Shown: positions 38,228-49,105, counted from the first letter of the stretch. The stretch: 64,000 nucleotides of DNA from Bacilli bacterium (GCA_031553555.1 JAVBLL010000002.1:17738-81737); one strand, 5' to 3'. Notes: generated from the letters alone by a model not told the origin. Translations and numbers: made by a program.

Positions 38228-40198
38228 ATGAAAAAAATAATATTGTTATTGTTTTTTATTAGTTTGTTTTTAATTAATATTCATCTATTAGTTAATGGAT
38301 CTAGTGCAAATGTTGAAGATATCTACATTGAAATCGGAGTAGGTAGTGATGATCTGCTTTTACTTGATGGATTTGTAATAGTTGATAATGAAGTCAATTG
38401 GAATTTTGTTGGTCATTATGAAGTTCTTTACTATAATGAATTCACATCAAAATATTTAAAAAGAGAAGTGGTTGTTCAAGACATTGAAAATCTTCATAAA
38501 ACGGTTATGAAGTTTAGTAATTTTTCAGAAATCAACTTAGAAAGTGATTATAGTTATGTAGATACTTTGTATAAAACATCAACTAGTTACTATGTATTAG
38601 CAAATTATCAAGTGCCTAATCCAACATACTATGATCAAGAATATGGTTGTGTTTTTTATTATGAAAATGACATTCTGAAATGGCAATATGCTTATAATTC
38701 GGAATTTGGTAATGTTTATGCTGGATGTCTAACAAAAAATAGTATAGTAATATGCCTAGCAATATATGATTCACCACTTTCTAGCCAAACTAGTTTGATG
38801 CTTGTAGAATTAAATGAAAATAAGGAAGTAATAAAGTCCAAGAAATTTATTGGAAATGGCCAAGACCATCCATTTAGAATTTTTTTTCAAGATAATTTCC
38901 TTTATTTATTAATGACAACAACCTCAAAAACTGATGATTATTATAAATATCACAAAGCATCTAATAATGTTATTTTGTTATTGAAATTAGACTATGCTAA
39001 TCTCTTAGAAATTGGTTATGTTGTTGTTGGCAACAATAGTTACAATTATTTTATTGACTGTGTTTTCAATGATAATATGATAACCTTGTTAGTGCATACT
39101 AGTGGGACTTCTGGTAGTTATAATAATGACAAGAGTTATGAAGGTTATTTAGTAGTTAGAATTAATCATCTTATGAAAATAACTAATTATTTTTATGTAG
39201 GAAGATCATATGACAGTATGAAAGGGTTGATTTCTAATGGCTATAATATTTTTATTTATTATACAAACCCTTTTGAAAGTGGGAATCATTTATGTTTACA
39301 AAAATTAACTAATGAAGGGAAAAGTATTTTCCGTCAAAAATTGAGCATGGTTGACGTTAATTATTATATTAGTGATATGAAGGTGATATATGGAGAAGAG
39401 GGAAATATTTACTGTTTTTTAAATGCTGCAAAAAATGGACAATATTACGATGGTGGCTTATTAGTGATAAGTAATGATAATTTGGAGTATTTAGAAGGAG
39501 ATTACCAGCAAGATCGATTGGTAAAGGTAGAACACTATGGTAAAGAAATTGTTAAAGTATATTATTCAAATAACACCATCAAACTTCTTAATTGTGAAAT
39601 ACTTCAAGTTAGCAGTTATTATTCTATTAATGATAAGTTTAAAAAACTCATTTACATAGTTAATTATAATGGTCAAGTAATTGAAGCATTCTATAATAAT
39701 GAACTAGATTATCAAAGATATGGTTATCAAGAGACTTTAGCAATCTATTATTTATCAAATAATAAAATGCTTATTTTAAAAGAAAACATAAATGTTTTTT
39801 CAATTACAAATATCAAACAAAATCAAACTTATCAATTAGGTGTAAAGCTAGAGTTCAACAGCGATGGATATTTGGGTGATTCACTAATTTATGATGGATA
39901 TGCAGTTATGGCTAAGGGGACTTATAATTTGCGATTAAGAGGGCTAGGTGATGAAGAAACAATTATTCAATTTCATGTAGATGATTTGCTTATCAAATGC
40001 AAATATAAAACAAATAATTATCCCATGCTTGAAAAAACAGAAGAGAGCTATAATGCAAAAACAAATATTCCTGATAACATTGACATTGATATAAAAAATC
40101 AAAAAGCAAAGGGCGGTTCTGTTATTATTGTTTTGAGTATGCTTATAATTTCACTTATAATTGTTGTAGTTATTAGGAGGAAGAAATGTCGATATTAA
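38228..40198 (+). CDS. large Tyr/Asn-rich surface protein with signal peptide, Ig-like segments and C-terminal TM anchor (paralogue 1)
   Basis: Signal MKKIILLLFFISLFLINIHLLVNG and a C-terminal hydrophobic helix plus basic tail (VIIVLSMLIISLIIVVVIRRKK). Ig-like motifs near the N-terminus (GHYEVLYYNE...VVVQD) and C-terminus (KGTYNLRLRGLGDEETIIQFHVDD). Confidence 0.55.
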   Translation: MKKIILLLFFISLFLINIHLLVNGSSANVEDIYIEIGVGSDDLLLLDGFVIVDNEVNWNFVGHYEVLYYNEFTSKYLKREVVVQDIENLHKTVMKFSNFSEINLESDYSYVDTLYKTSTSYYVLANYQVPNPTYYDQEYGCVFYYENDILKWQYAYNSEFGNVYAGCLTKNSIVICLAIYDSPLSSQTSLMLVELNENKEVIKSKKFIGNGQDHPFRIFFQDNFLYLLMTTTSKTDDYYKYHKASNNVILLLKLDYANLLEIGYVVVGNNSYNYFIDCVFNDNMITLLVHTSGTSGSYNNDKSYEGYLVVRINHLMKITNYFYVGRSYDSMKGLISNGYNIFIYYTNPFESGNHLCLQKLTNEGKSIFRQKLSMVDVNYYISDMKVIYGEEGNIYCFLNAAKNGQYYDGGLLVISNDNLEYLEGDYQQDRLVKVEHYGKEIVKVYYSNNTIKLLNCEILQVSSYYSINDKFKKLIYIVNYNGQVIEAFYNNELDYQRYGYQETLAIYYLSNNKMLILKENINVFSITNIKQNQTYQLGVKLEFNSDGYLGDSLIYDGYAVMAKGTYNLRLRGLGDEETIIQFHVDDLLIKCKYKTNNYPMLEKTEESYNAKTNIPDNIDIDIKNQKAKGGSVIIVLSMLIISLIIVVVIRRKKCRY

Positions 40199-42366
40199 CA
40201 ATTTTTCTAAGTTTTTTTATGTCTTTTTTTCATGATTTTAAGATTATTGATGAAAGCGTTGAGGAATTAGTATTTACATTTGGTGAATTTGAGATTAAAG
40301 AAATTCATTCTATGCGTTATTTATATTATAATGATATATTGTTAGAAGAAGAAAACACAATGATAGTTTCTAAATATTTTTTAGAAAGTAATCGTTTTGT
40401 TATATTTAGTTGGAATACATTCACATCTGATGTTGTCATTCGAAGTTATAGTTTAAATGGTTCAAGACAAACAAAAATAATTTTTGATAACAAAATTGTA
40501 GGTGATTTTGATGTAGCATTATATGATGATATGTATTATTTAGTTGGTGGAGTTAATAGTTATACTAATTCGTTTTTTTATAATGCTCATGATGGTAAAA
40601 ACTATTTGTTAGGAATGAATAATGTTCTTTTTAGTTTTGATAGCAATTTTTCTATTAAAAATGTTAGAATAACAGGAGGAGTATTGGATGAATTTTTTTA
40701 TAAAATTACTGTTTCAAATGAGTTTATATATGTAGTTGGTTATAAAGAGACTTTATCGGGATATGATTTTGGTAATGGTGGTGGGGAGGATTTTGGCTAT
40801 ATTTTAGCAACTTATAATCATACAATGAGTTTATTAGATTATGTAGTCACAGATGAGGAGATTGTTGATTTTTTTAATATAAATAATAAGAATGTTTTAA
40901 TTACAAAAAATCAAATTCATCAATTAAATAATGATTTAAATACCATCATAAGCCTGAAATTACCCTCTACATGCATTTTTGCGAGTGTGAGTAAGAATAA
41001 TTGCCTCCTGATTTTAAGTCAAGATAAACTGAAAATTTACGACCTTTCTAATATGAAACTTTTAAATGAATATTTATTATCTCAAAACATCAACCGAGCT
41101 TTATATTATAATGATGTCTTTTATTTGATTGGTCAAGATCAAATTCATAAACTGATTATTTATGATTATGATAGTTTTAAAGAACAAGTTGTTTATGATG
41201 ATGTTGTAGAAATGAATGAAGTAATAAATGGATGGAACTTCCAATATAAATTATTGAATAAAATATATCTTAATGTTTTTGATCCGCTAGTTAATGGTGA
41301 TTATCAAGTATTATATGATTATGGTGCTTTTGAAATAGAGGGTACAGTAAAGGTATTAGAAAGGGCAAATGTGACAGATGGTAACATTTATAGTGTTGGT
41401 TATTGTTTATTGTTTTCTGGCCGTGGATACTTAAATGATATTCTCATCTATAATAATCATCAAATTACCGCTCCTGGTAATTATACATTGAAGCTGTACG
41501 ATCAAAATAGTAATTGCCGCATCATTAATTTTTTTGTAGAATATGAGCAAATAAATTTTTACGAAAATGATAATAAAAATTGGGACTATGAATTGTCTCA
41601 GAATGAAGAATTATTCTTCTCGTTTACACTCAATCAAAATAATGTATCTATTGAAAGAGTAGTAGTGAATGATGAAGATTGGCCTTATACTTATGTTGAT
41701 CGACAAATTAATTTGTGTTTTTCTGAAAAAAATTCGGGTTTATATTATTATGATGTAAAAATGATTGAATACTCATTAGATGGAGAAATGTATTATATTT
41801 CTATAGATAAACAATTAAAAATTAAAATATTAGAAAATGATTTGTCAATAACTAGTTATATTAGTGATAATACTAAAGTGATTAATTATAAAGGAGAAGT
41901 CCAGGATTCATTAAATATGCTTCGATATGTAAAAATTAAAATCATTGGGAATAGTGAACAAGAATACTGTTTATCATTGAAATCACAAAAAATCGTTTTG
42001 ACACTTAATAAAAGCCTTGAGAACCCATTAGTTTATGTATGTTTAGTTTTCGACAATGGAAGTAAGCAGTTAGGTATAAAAACTCTTTTAAATATGCAGT
42101 TTATTGGGCATTTTGATGTAATAAATATTGGTGAAATAATAATGCATATGCGGGAAAATACAACAACTAATTTCACTTTGAAAATATTGAAAACAAGTGG
42201 TTTAGAGCGAATGTTTGTTCAAAATAAAGAAATATATGCTTTTCAAAAAACAACATATATAGCTAGCCTATTGATTGGTATTGGCGTTATGGTTATAACT
42301 ATTATTAGCGGTTTATTTATTTATAAAAAAGAGTTTAGATTAGGATTCAAAAGAAAGATTAAGTAA
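40186..42366 (+). CDS. large Tyr/Asn-rich surface protein with signal/TM N-terminus and C-terminal TM anchor (paralogue 2)
   Basis: AGGAGG RBS; start overlaps the upstream stop. C-terminal anchor IASLLIGIGVMVITIISGLFIYKKE. Shared motif APGNYTLKLYDQNSNCRIINFFVE matches KGTYNLRLRGLGDEETIIQFHVD in paralogue 1. Confidence 0.55.
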   Translation: MSILTIFLSFFMSFFHDFKIIDESVEELVFTFGEFEIKEIHSMRYLYYNDILLEEENTMIVSKYFLESNRFVIFSWNTFTSDVVIRSYSLNGSRQTKIIFDNKIVGDFDVALYDDMYYLVGGVNSYTNSFFYNAHDGKNYLLGMNNVLFSFDSNFSIKNVRITGGVLDEFFYKITVSNEFIYVVGYKETLSGYDFGNGGGEDFGYILATYNHTMSLLDYVVTDEEIVDFFNINNKNVLITKNQIHQLNNDLNTIISLKLPSTCIFASVSKNNCLLILSQDKLKIYDLSNMKLLNEYLLSQNINRALYYNDVFYLIGQDQIHKLIIYDYDSFKEQVVYDDVVEMNEVINGWNFQYKLLNKIYLNVFDPLVNGDYQVLYDYGAFEIEGTVKVLERANVTDGNIYSVGYCLLFSGRGYLNDILIYNNHQITAPGNYTLKLYDQNSNCRIINFFVEYEQINFYENDNKNWDYELSQNEELFFSFTLNQNNVSIERVVVNDEDWPYTYVDRQINLCFSEKNSGLYYYDVKMIEYSLDGEMYYISIDKQLKIKILENDLSITSYISDNTKVINYKGEVQDSLNMLRYVKIKIIGNSEQEYCLSLKSQKIVLTLNKSLENPLVYVCLVFDNGSKQLGIKTLLNMQFIGHFDVINIGEIIMHMRENTTTNFTLKILKTSGLERMFVQNKEIYAFQKTTYIASLLIGIGVMVITIISGLFIYKKEFRLGFKRKIK

Positions 42367-42389
42367 TCATTTCGTAATATTAGTTTTTA

Positions 42390-42440
42390 AAATGGAATCA
42401 ATCTATTAATATACCTTTTATCAATAGATTGATTCCATTT
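42390..42440. repeat. perfect 18-bp inverted repeat (hairpin) with 15-nt loop; probable terminator or protein-binding site
   Basis: aaatggaatcaatctatt ... aatagattgattccattt, with no clean U-tract on either side. Confidence 0.6.
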
Positions 42441-42512
42441 GTATATATTATTAGGGAATGTTTTTATTTTCAAAAACACGAATGTGTGATATACTATTAT
42501 TAGGTGACGTTA

Positions 42513-45500
42513 ATGAATAAAATAAGAAAATTTATCAATCTATATATGCAAACAGAATATTCACTTCTATCATCTATGATTAGAATAGATAACTTGGGCA
42601 AGAAATTATCGGATTATGAATATAGTGCTTGTGCTATTACAGATACATCGATGTATGGGACGCTGAAGTTTTATCGTGAGTGTCTTAGTCATCGAATTAA
42701 ACCAATTATTGGTTTGAAATTGAAAATATACAATAAGCAATATAATAATTATATATTATTATATGCTATGAATAAAATAGGCTATCATAACCTGATGTCA
42801 CTTTCAACAGAAGCCTCTGTGAATGAAGAGGGGTTAACAATTGATGCAATAATTCCATATAGTTATGGAGTTATTGCTATTATCCCTAGTGATGAAAATG
42901 AAATAGTTCAATATTATTTAAATAATGCTTTTGATAAATCCAAAAATCTATTAGATAATTATAAAAAAGTTTTTCGTGATATATATTTTGGTTTTGATTT
43001 TCAAACAAATAGAGCAAACAAATATGCTGATGAACTTTTGGAATTTTGCAAATTAAACGAGATATTACCAGTAGCAATTAATTGTAGCCTATATTTTAAT
43101 GACCATGATATTGAAGCTTATCAAGTTTTGAAAGCATTAGGAAGTGGTAAGGATTATGTTCCGACTGAAAAGGAATTAAATTGTTCATTATTGACATCGC
43201 TTGAGGGGCAATTATTGTTTCAAAATCATCCTGATTTATTAGATAATACACTAGCGATTGCTAATAAATGTCAAGTTGAAATTGAATTTAATGTCTATCA
43301 TCTGCCAAGTTATAATATTACTAATAGTCATGAATATTTAAGTGATTTATGTAAAATCGGATTAAATAAACGTTTGAATAAAAAAAGCCAATTAAATCAG
43401 GAGTTTAATGTTGATGTCTATAGACAACGTTTATTATATGAACTTGAAGTTATTGAAAAAATGGGTTTTACAGATTATTTTTTAGTAGTTTATGATTATG
43501 TTCGTTTCGCTAAAACAAATGACATTTTTGTAGGACCTGGAAGAGGTAGTTCAGGAGCATCATTAGTCTGTTATGCGATTGGGATTACAGATATTGATCC
43601 GATTGAACATCAATTATTATTTGAACGTTTTTTAAATGTTGAACGAATAAGTATGCCAGATATTGATGTTGATTTTCCGGATGACCGTCGTGATGAAGTA
43701 ATTAAATATTTGGGGGATCGTTTTGGAAAAACAAGAGTTGCCCATATTACGACTTTTGGTACTATGAAGGCAAGGCTTGCTGTGCGTGATGTAGCAAGAG
43801 TTATGGGGTTATCGGAATTGAAATTAAAGGCCGTATTAAAACATATTCCCCCAAGTTATGGACCACAGGTTAGTTCGCTGAAAGTTATTATCAATGGATC
43901 AAACGAATTAAATCAACTTTTTGTTAATGATGAAGAAATAAATAGATTACTATCGGTTTCTTTAAAAATTGAAGGGATGCCTCGGAATTGCTCAACACAC
44001 GCGGCGGGTATTGTAATGGCTGATAAGGAGCTAACGTCTTATACGCCACTACAATCTGGCATTAATGGTTTATATCAAACACAATATGATGCTGGTGATC
44101 TAGAGTCACTTGGGCTTGTGAAAATGGATGTTTTAGGTATTAGAAATCTAACTATTATAAAAAATGTTCTGCATGCCATTTTCTTGAAAACCAAAGAACA
44201 ATTGAATATTAGAGAAATACCTTTAAATGATAAGAAAACATATGAGGCTATTGCCAAGGGAAATACTTTAGGAATATTTCAATTAGAATCGGATGGTGTC
44301 AGAAAATTATTGATTGATATGAAATGTTCAGAGTTTATGGATATTGTCAATGCAACTTCATTGTATCGCCCTGGACCAATGGAGATGATTCCAGAGTTTA
44401 TTAAGCGAAAAAGAGGAATGACATATAAAATAATACATCCTGATTTAAAAGATATTTTAAATCCTACTTATGGAATTATTGTGTATCAAGAACAAATATT
44501 GTTGATTGCGCAAAAGTTTGCAGGATATAGTTTAGGAAGTGCGGATGTTTTAAGAAGAGCAGTTTCAAAAAAGAAAGCCAATATTTTAGAAGAAGAACGC
44601 TATAAGTTTGTTAATAGTTCTAAGAATAAAGGTTATAATGAGCAATTAGCCAATGAAGTTTATGATTATATTGAAAAATTTGCCAATTATGGATTTAATA
44701 AAAACCATGCCGTGGCATATGGGATGGTTGCGTATTGGATGGCCTATTTAAAAACCCATTATTACATAATTTTTATGACGGCTTTATTAAGCAATAGCAT
44801 AGGTGATGTCAATTCTATAATTAAATACTTTAATGAATGTAAAAATAATAAAGTCTCTATTTTAGTTCCTAATATTAATATTAGTGATACACAGTTTGTA
44901 TATGATGATAACGGTATATATTTTCCTTTGACTGGAATTGCTAATGTTGGTGATGTTATTGCTAAAAACATTTTACAAGTTAGAAATCAGGGCTTATTTG
45001 TTAACTATGAAGATTTTGTTTTTCGCACCCATGAATTATTGAACAAAAGACAAGTTATGAGTCTTATACATAGTGGAGCGTTAGATTGTTTTAACCTTTC
45101 TCGCAGAGGTATGATAGAAGCATATGATAATTTAGAACAAATGTCGGTTTATCGTTTTACTTTGGGTGACAAACTTGTTAAGTATGACGTTTCCGGGGAT
45201 GAATATACTTTTGAAGAAATAAGTGCACTAGAAAAAGAAGCAATTGGATTTAATATTAAATATAGCATGTTTATAAAATATCAAAATTACCGTCAGCAAG
45301 AAAAAACCATAAATATAAATGAATTAACTGAACAAAATAATATAATGATATTGTTTGTTGTACGAAGTGTTCGCGAAATCACAACTAAAAATAATGAACG
45401 TATGGCTTTTCTTGATATATATGATGATAGTGGTGAAATTGGCGGGGTTATTTTTCCTAAGACATTTAAAACATTAACAACATCGCTTATAGCAGGACGA

Positions 45501-45581
45501 GTTTATAGTTCCAATTGCAAAGTGGAAAGACGCGATGGAACTATACAAGCAATACTAAATACTATTTACAATCTTGATTAA
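42513..45581 (+). CDS. dnaE: DNA polymerase III alpha subunit
   Basis: PHP domain N-terminus (LLSSMIRIDNL...), polymerase core (GPGRGSSGASLVCY, MPDIDVDF) and an OB fold. AGGTGA RBS before the ATG at 42513. Confidence 0.85.
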   Translation: MNKIRKFINLYMQTEYSLLSSMIRIDNLGKKLSDYEYSACAITDTSMYGTLKFYRECLSHRIKPIIGLKLKIYNKQYNNYILLYAMNKIGYHNLMSLSTEASVNEEGLTIDAIIPYSYGVIAIIPSDENEIVQYYLNNAFDKSKNLLDNYKKVFRDIYFGFDFQTNRANKYADELLEFCKLNEILPVAINCSLYFNDHDIEAYQVLKALGSGKDYVPTEKELNCSLLTSLEGQLLFQNHPDLLDNTLAIANKCQVEIEFNVYHLPSYNITNSHEYLSDLCKIGLNKRLNKKSQLNQEFNVDVYRQRLLYELEVIEKMGFTDYFLVVYDYVRFAKTNDIFVGPGRGSSGASLVCYAIGITDIDPIEHQLLFERFLNVERISMPDIDVDFPDDRRDEVIKYLGDRFGKTRVAHITTFGTMKARLAVRDVARVMGLSELKLKAVLKHIPPSYGPQVSSLKVIINGSNELNQLFVNDEEINRLLSVSLKIEGMPRNCSTHAAGIVMADKELTSYTPLQSGINGLYQTQYDAGDLESLGLVKMDVLGIRNLTIIKNVLHAIFLKTKEQLNIREIPLNDKKTYEAIAKGNTLGIFQLESDGVRKLLIDMKCSEFMDIVNATSLYRPGPMEMIPEFIKRKRGMTYKIIHPDLKDILNPTYGIIVYQEQILLIAQKFAGYSLGSADVLRRAVSKKKANILEEERYKFVNSSKNKGYNEQLANEVYDYIEKFANYGFNKNHAVAYGMVAYWMAYLKTHYYIIFMTALLSNSIGDVNSIIKYFNECKNNKVSILVPNINISDTQFVYDDNGIYFPLTGIANVGDVIAKNILQVRNQGLFVNYEDFVFRTHELLNKRQVMSLIHSGALDCFNLSRRGMIEAYDNLEQMSVYRFTLGDKLVKYDVSGDEYTFEEISALEKEAIGFNIKYSMFIKYQNYRQQEKTININELTEQNNIMILFVVRSVREITTKNNERMAFLDIYDDSGEIGGVIFPKTFKTLTTSLIAGRVYSSNCKVERRDGTIQAILNTIYNLD

Positions 45582-45630
45582 AAATGGTATAATATAATAC
45601 GAAAGAATTCACATAGAAGAGGTGGATAGT

Positions 45631-46587
45631 ATGATTAGAAAAATTGGTGTGTTAACTTCCGGAGGTGATGCTCCAGGGATGAATGCCGCTATTAGGGCGG
45701 TAGTACGCGCTGGTATTACCAATAATCTTGAAGTATATGGTATTATGGATGGTTATAGGGGAATGTATGAAGGTAAGATTGAACGCTTATATCGTAAATC
45801 GGTATCTGAAAAAATCAACAGGGGAGGAACCTTTTTAGGGACTGAACGATTACCTGAATTTAAACATCAAGAGATTAGGGAAGTTGCCATTGAAAATTTA
45901 CATGAATATGGTATTGATGCATTGGTTTGTATCGGTGGGGATGGAACTTATCGAGGAGCCTTAGATTTAGTTGAAATGGGAGTTCAATGTGTTGGAATTC
46001 CTGGAACAATTGATAATGATATTAATGGAACTGATTTTACAATTGGATTTGATACAGCGTTAACGACTATTGTTGACGCGGTGGATAAACTTCGTGATAC
46101 TTCTAGTAGTCATCGCCGTTGTTCTATAATTGAAGTTATGGGGCGTAACTGTGGTGCTTTGGCGATTTGGGCGGGTATTGCAGTTGGAGCTGAGGTTGTC
46201 ATTTGTAAAGAAACTGGATACAATGAACAAGAGGTAATAGATGCAATTTGCGAAGCTGCAAAAACAAAACGTCATGCAATCATTATTTTAGCCGAAAAGG
46301 TTACTGACATAAATGAAATGGCAAAAGTTATAACTGATAAAACGCCGTTTAATGCTCGTGCTACTGTTTTAGGCCATATTCAAAGAGGAGGATGTCCTAC
46401 TCCAAGAGATCGTGTTTTAGCATCAACTATGGGGGTTAAGGCGGTTCAGGCCTTACTTGAAGACAAAGGTGGCTGTTGTATTTGTGAGATTAATAGTGAA
46501 CTTATAGCTATCCCAATTAAAGAAGCTCTAGCGTCTAAAAGGGATCAAGTTAATGAAAAGTATAAAGCCTTCAAGGAGTTATGGTAA
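45631..46587 (+). CDS. pfkA: ATP-dependent 6-phosphofructokinase
   Basis: MIRKIGVLTSGGDAPGMNAAIRAVVR...GGDGTY...; GAGGTGG RBS. Confidence 0.9.
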   Translation: MIRKIGVLTSGGDAPGMNAAIRAVVRAGITNNLEVYGIMDGYRGMYEGKIERLYRKSVSEKINRGGTFLGTERLPEFKHQEIREVAIENLHEYGIDALVCIGGDGTYRGALDLVEMGVQCVGIPGTIDNDINGTDFTIGFDTALTTIVDAVDKLRDTSSSHRRCSIIEVMGRNCGALAIWAGIAVGAEVVICKETGYNEQEVIDAICEAAKTKRHAIIILAEKVTDINEMAKVITDKTPFNARATVLGHIQRGGCPTPRDRVLASTMGVKAVQALLEDKGGCCICEINSELIAIPIKEALASKRDQVNEKYKAFKELW

Positions 46588-48155
46588 TGGCAAAAACACA
46601 TTATATTACAACACCTATTTATTATGCTAGCGGTAATGCGCATATCGGAAACTCATATTCAACAATTTTTTGTGATGTTTTCAGTCGATATTATCGATTA
46701 AAAGGCGATGATGTTTATTTTCTTACAGGTATGGACGAGCATGGTCAAAAAATTGAAAATGCTGCTAGCGCAAGTAATAAAACTCCCAAAGAGTTCGTTG
46801 ATGAAGTTGGAAGAAGCACTTCTGAACTTTGGAAAAAATTAAAAATAACAAATGATGATTTTATTTGTACTAGTGAAGAACGTCATATAAAGGTTGTTCA
46901 AAAAATGTTTGAACAATTGCTTAAACAAGATGATATTTACTTAAGTCACTATGAAGGTGAATATTGTGTTCCGTGTGAAGCCTTTTTTACGAAAACACAA
47001 ATTCAAACTGAGGGAATATGTCCAGATTGTGGAAGGCCATTAACTAAATTAAAAGAAGAAAGTTATTTTTTGAGATTAACTAAATATCAAAATCGTTTAT
47101 TGAATTTTATTAAAGATAACCCCTATTTTATACAGCCAGAATCTCGAAAAAATGAAGTGATATCTTTTATTGAACAAGGCCTAGAAGATTTGTGTGTTAG
47201 TAGAACAGCCTTTAAATGGGGAATACCGGTTCTTAGTAATCCAAGGCACGTCATTTATGTTTGGGTGGATGCACTATCTAATTATATTACAGCCTTGGGA
47301 TATAAAAGTGATGATGATTCTTTATATCAAAAATATTGGGTTAATGGCAATGAAGTTATTCATGTTGTTGGTAAAGATATTTTGCGCTTTCATGCTATTT
47401 ATTGGCCGATTATTTTAATGGCACTTGATGTACCTGTGAATTATAAGTTACATGCCCATGGTTGGATTGTTATGAAAGATGGCAAGATGAGTAAATCAAG
47501 AGGTAATATAGTTTATCCACAAGATGTTACTGATTTTTATGGATTAGATAGTTTACGCTATTATTTAATAAAAGAAATGCCAATTGGTAATGATGGTTTA
47601 TTTACATGGGATAGATTTATTGAAAGATATAATGTTGATTTAGCAAATGACTTTGGCAATTTAGTTAGTAGAACTATCTCCATGATAAATAAATATTTTG
47701 GTGGAAAAGTAGAAAAACCTAAAAAGCATTATTTTCCTTTTGATGAAGATATTGAAATGATGATTGCATCAGTTATTCATAAATCTTGTGAGTGCTATGA
47801 AAAACTACAATTTCAAAACGCTTTATCTGAAATATGGAGTTTGATAAGTCGTGCCAATAAATATATAGACGAAACATCTCCTTGGGTGTTAGCAAAAGAC
47901 GAAGAAAAAAAAGATGCATTAATGAGTGTCATGTATCACTTATATGAAATACTACGAATTGTTGCTATTCTTGCAAGTCCAGTGATGACTGAGGCTAGTG
48001 TAACTGTCTTGGATGAATGTGGAGTTGAGAATATTAATCGCAAATATGCTACTTTAAAATACGGCATAACTTCAACTGCTAATGTAGTTGAAAAAGCGTT
48101 AATTTTGTTTAAAAGATTAGATATAAATGAAGAACTAAAAAAATATGAAGTTTAA
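46587..48155 (+). CDS. metG: methionine--tRNA ligase (short form without C-terminal tRNA-binding domain)
   Basis: HIGNSYST (HIGH), KMSKS, and a Zn knuckle CVPCEA...CPDCG. Start overlaps the pfkA stop (TAATG). Confidence 0.85.
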   Translation: MAKTHYITTPIYYASGNAHIGNSYSTIFCDVFSRYYRLKGDDVYFLTGMDEHGQKIENAASASNKTPKEFVDEVGRSTSELWKKLKITNDDFICTSEERHIKVVQKMFEQLLKQDDIYLSHYEGEYCVPCEAFFTKTQIQTEGICPDCGRPLTKLKEESYFLRLTKYQNRLLNFIKDNPYFIQPESRKNEVISFIEQGLEDLCVSRTAFKWGIPVLSNPRHVIYVWVDALSNYITALGYKSDDDSLYQKYWVNGNEVIHVVGKDILRFHAIYWPIILMALDVPVNYKLHAHGWIVMKDGKMSKSRGNIVYPQDVTDFYGLDSLRYYLIKEMPIGNDGLFTWDRFIERYNVDLANDFGNLVSRTISMINKYFGGKVEKPKKHYFPFDEDIEMMIASVIHKSCECYEKLQFQNALSEIWSLISRANKYIDETSPWVLAKDEEKKDALMSVMYHLYEILRIVAILASPVMTEASVTVLDECGVENINRKYATLKYGITSTANVVEKALILFKRLDINEELKKYEV

Positions 48156-48199
48156 ATATATAATATTTATGTAAAATATAAAAATAAAAAAGGGATAAT

Positions 48200-49105
48200 A
48201 TGGGAGCAATCTATCATAAAATAAAAGGTATTTTTTCAAATCGTAAGCTTACAGCAATTGTTGGAATGTTAATTGGAACATTGATTTATTGTTTTTCAAT
48301 TGAATTTATTTTAGAGTTTGGAGGATTTTATGCTGGTGGAGTAACAGGCGTATCACAAATATTAGCAACAATTTTTAATAATCCAGCTTTAAAATCATTG
48401 TTTATTGGACTTTTTAATATACCATTATTTATACTTGGTTGGAAAAGTGTCAGTAAAAGATTTGCTATTTTAAGTTTGCTTTCTGTTGGTTTGCAAATGC
48501 TGGTTTTATTACTTTTTGATTGGATACATATCGATTTAGGTTTTAATCCTTTTGCCTCAATTCAGGAAAACACGTTAGTATTGGCGGTTTTGGGTGGATT
48601 TTTAACAGGGGTTGGCTGTGGAATATGTTTGCGTGCTGGTGCTTCAACTGGCGGTATGGATATTGTTTCACAACGTGCCTCGCTAAAACTCGGAATTCCA
48701 TTTGTGGCGATTTCTGGAACAGTTGACATAATTATCATTGTTGCTGGGGCTATAATCGGAAAAGATATTGCGGTAGCGGTCTATACTATTATTCGTTTGG
48801 GAGCTAATATTATTACTCTTGATAAAATACATACGATATATAAATATCAAAAAATTAATATAGTTACAAATCGTAAAGATGAATTAAAGGCAGAACTGCT
48901 GGCAAACTTTAATCATGGTATGACAATTTTTCAAGCAGTTGGCGGTTATTCTAATGAACAAAAATGGGTAATTGAGGCGATTGTTTTAACGTATGAAGTA
49001 GAAGATTATAAACGACTTATTTATAAAATTGATCCAACAGCTTTTATTAGTTATTATGCTGTTAAAGGGGTCACCGGATTTTATAATAAAAATGTTATTA
49101 GTTAA
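48200..49105 (+). CDS. YitT-family membrane protein (DUF161 + DUF2179)
   Basis: Five TM helices plus a C-terminal DUF2179-like segment (NHGMTIFQAVGGYSNEQKWVIEAIV). Confidence 0.7.
   Translation: MGAIYHKIKGIFSNRKLTAIVGMLIGTLIYCFSIEFILEFGGFYAGGVTGVSQILATIFNNPALKSLFIGLFNIPLFILGWKSVSKRFAILSLLSVGLQMLVLLLFDWIHIDLGFNPFASIQENTLVLAVLGGFLTGVGCGICLRAGASTGGMDIVSQRASLKLGIPFVAISGTVDIIIIVAGAIIGKDIAVAVYTIIRLGANIITLDKIHTIYKYQKINIVTNRKDELKAELLANFNHGMTIFQAVGGYSNEQKWVIEAIVLTYEVEDYKRLIYKIDPTAFISYYAVKGVTGFYNKNVIS

Noticed and set aside
47194-47418. 74 aa ORF in an alternative frame inside metG
   Set aside because: Embedded in metG; frame artefact.
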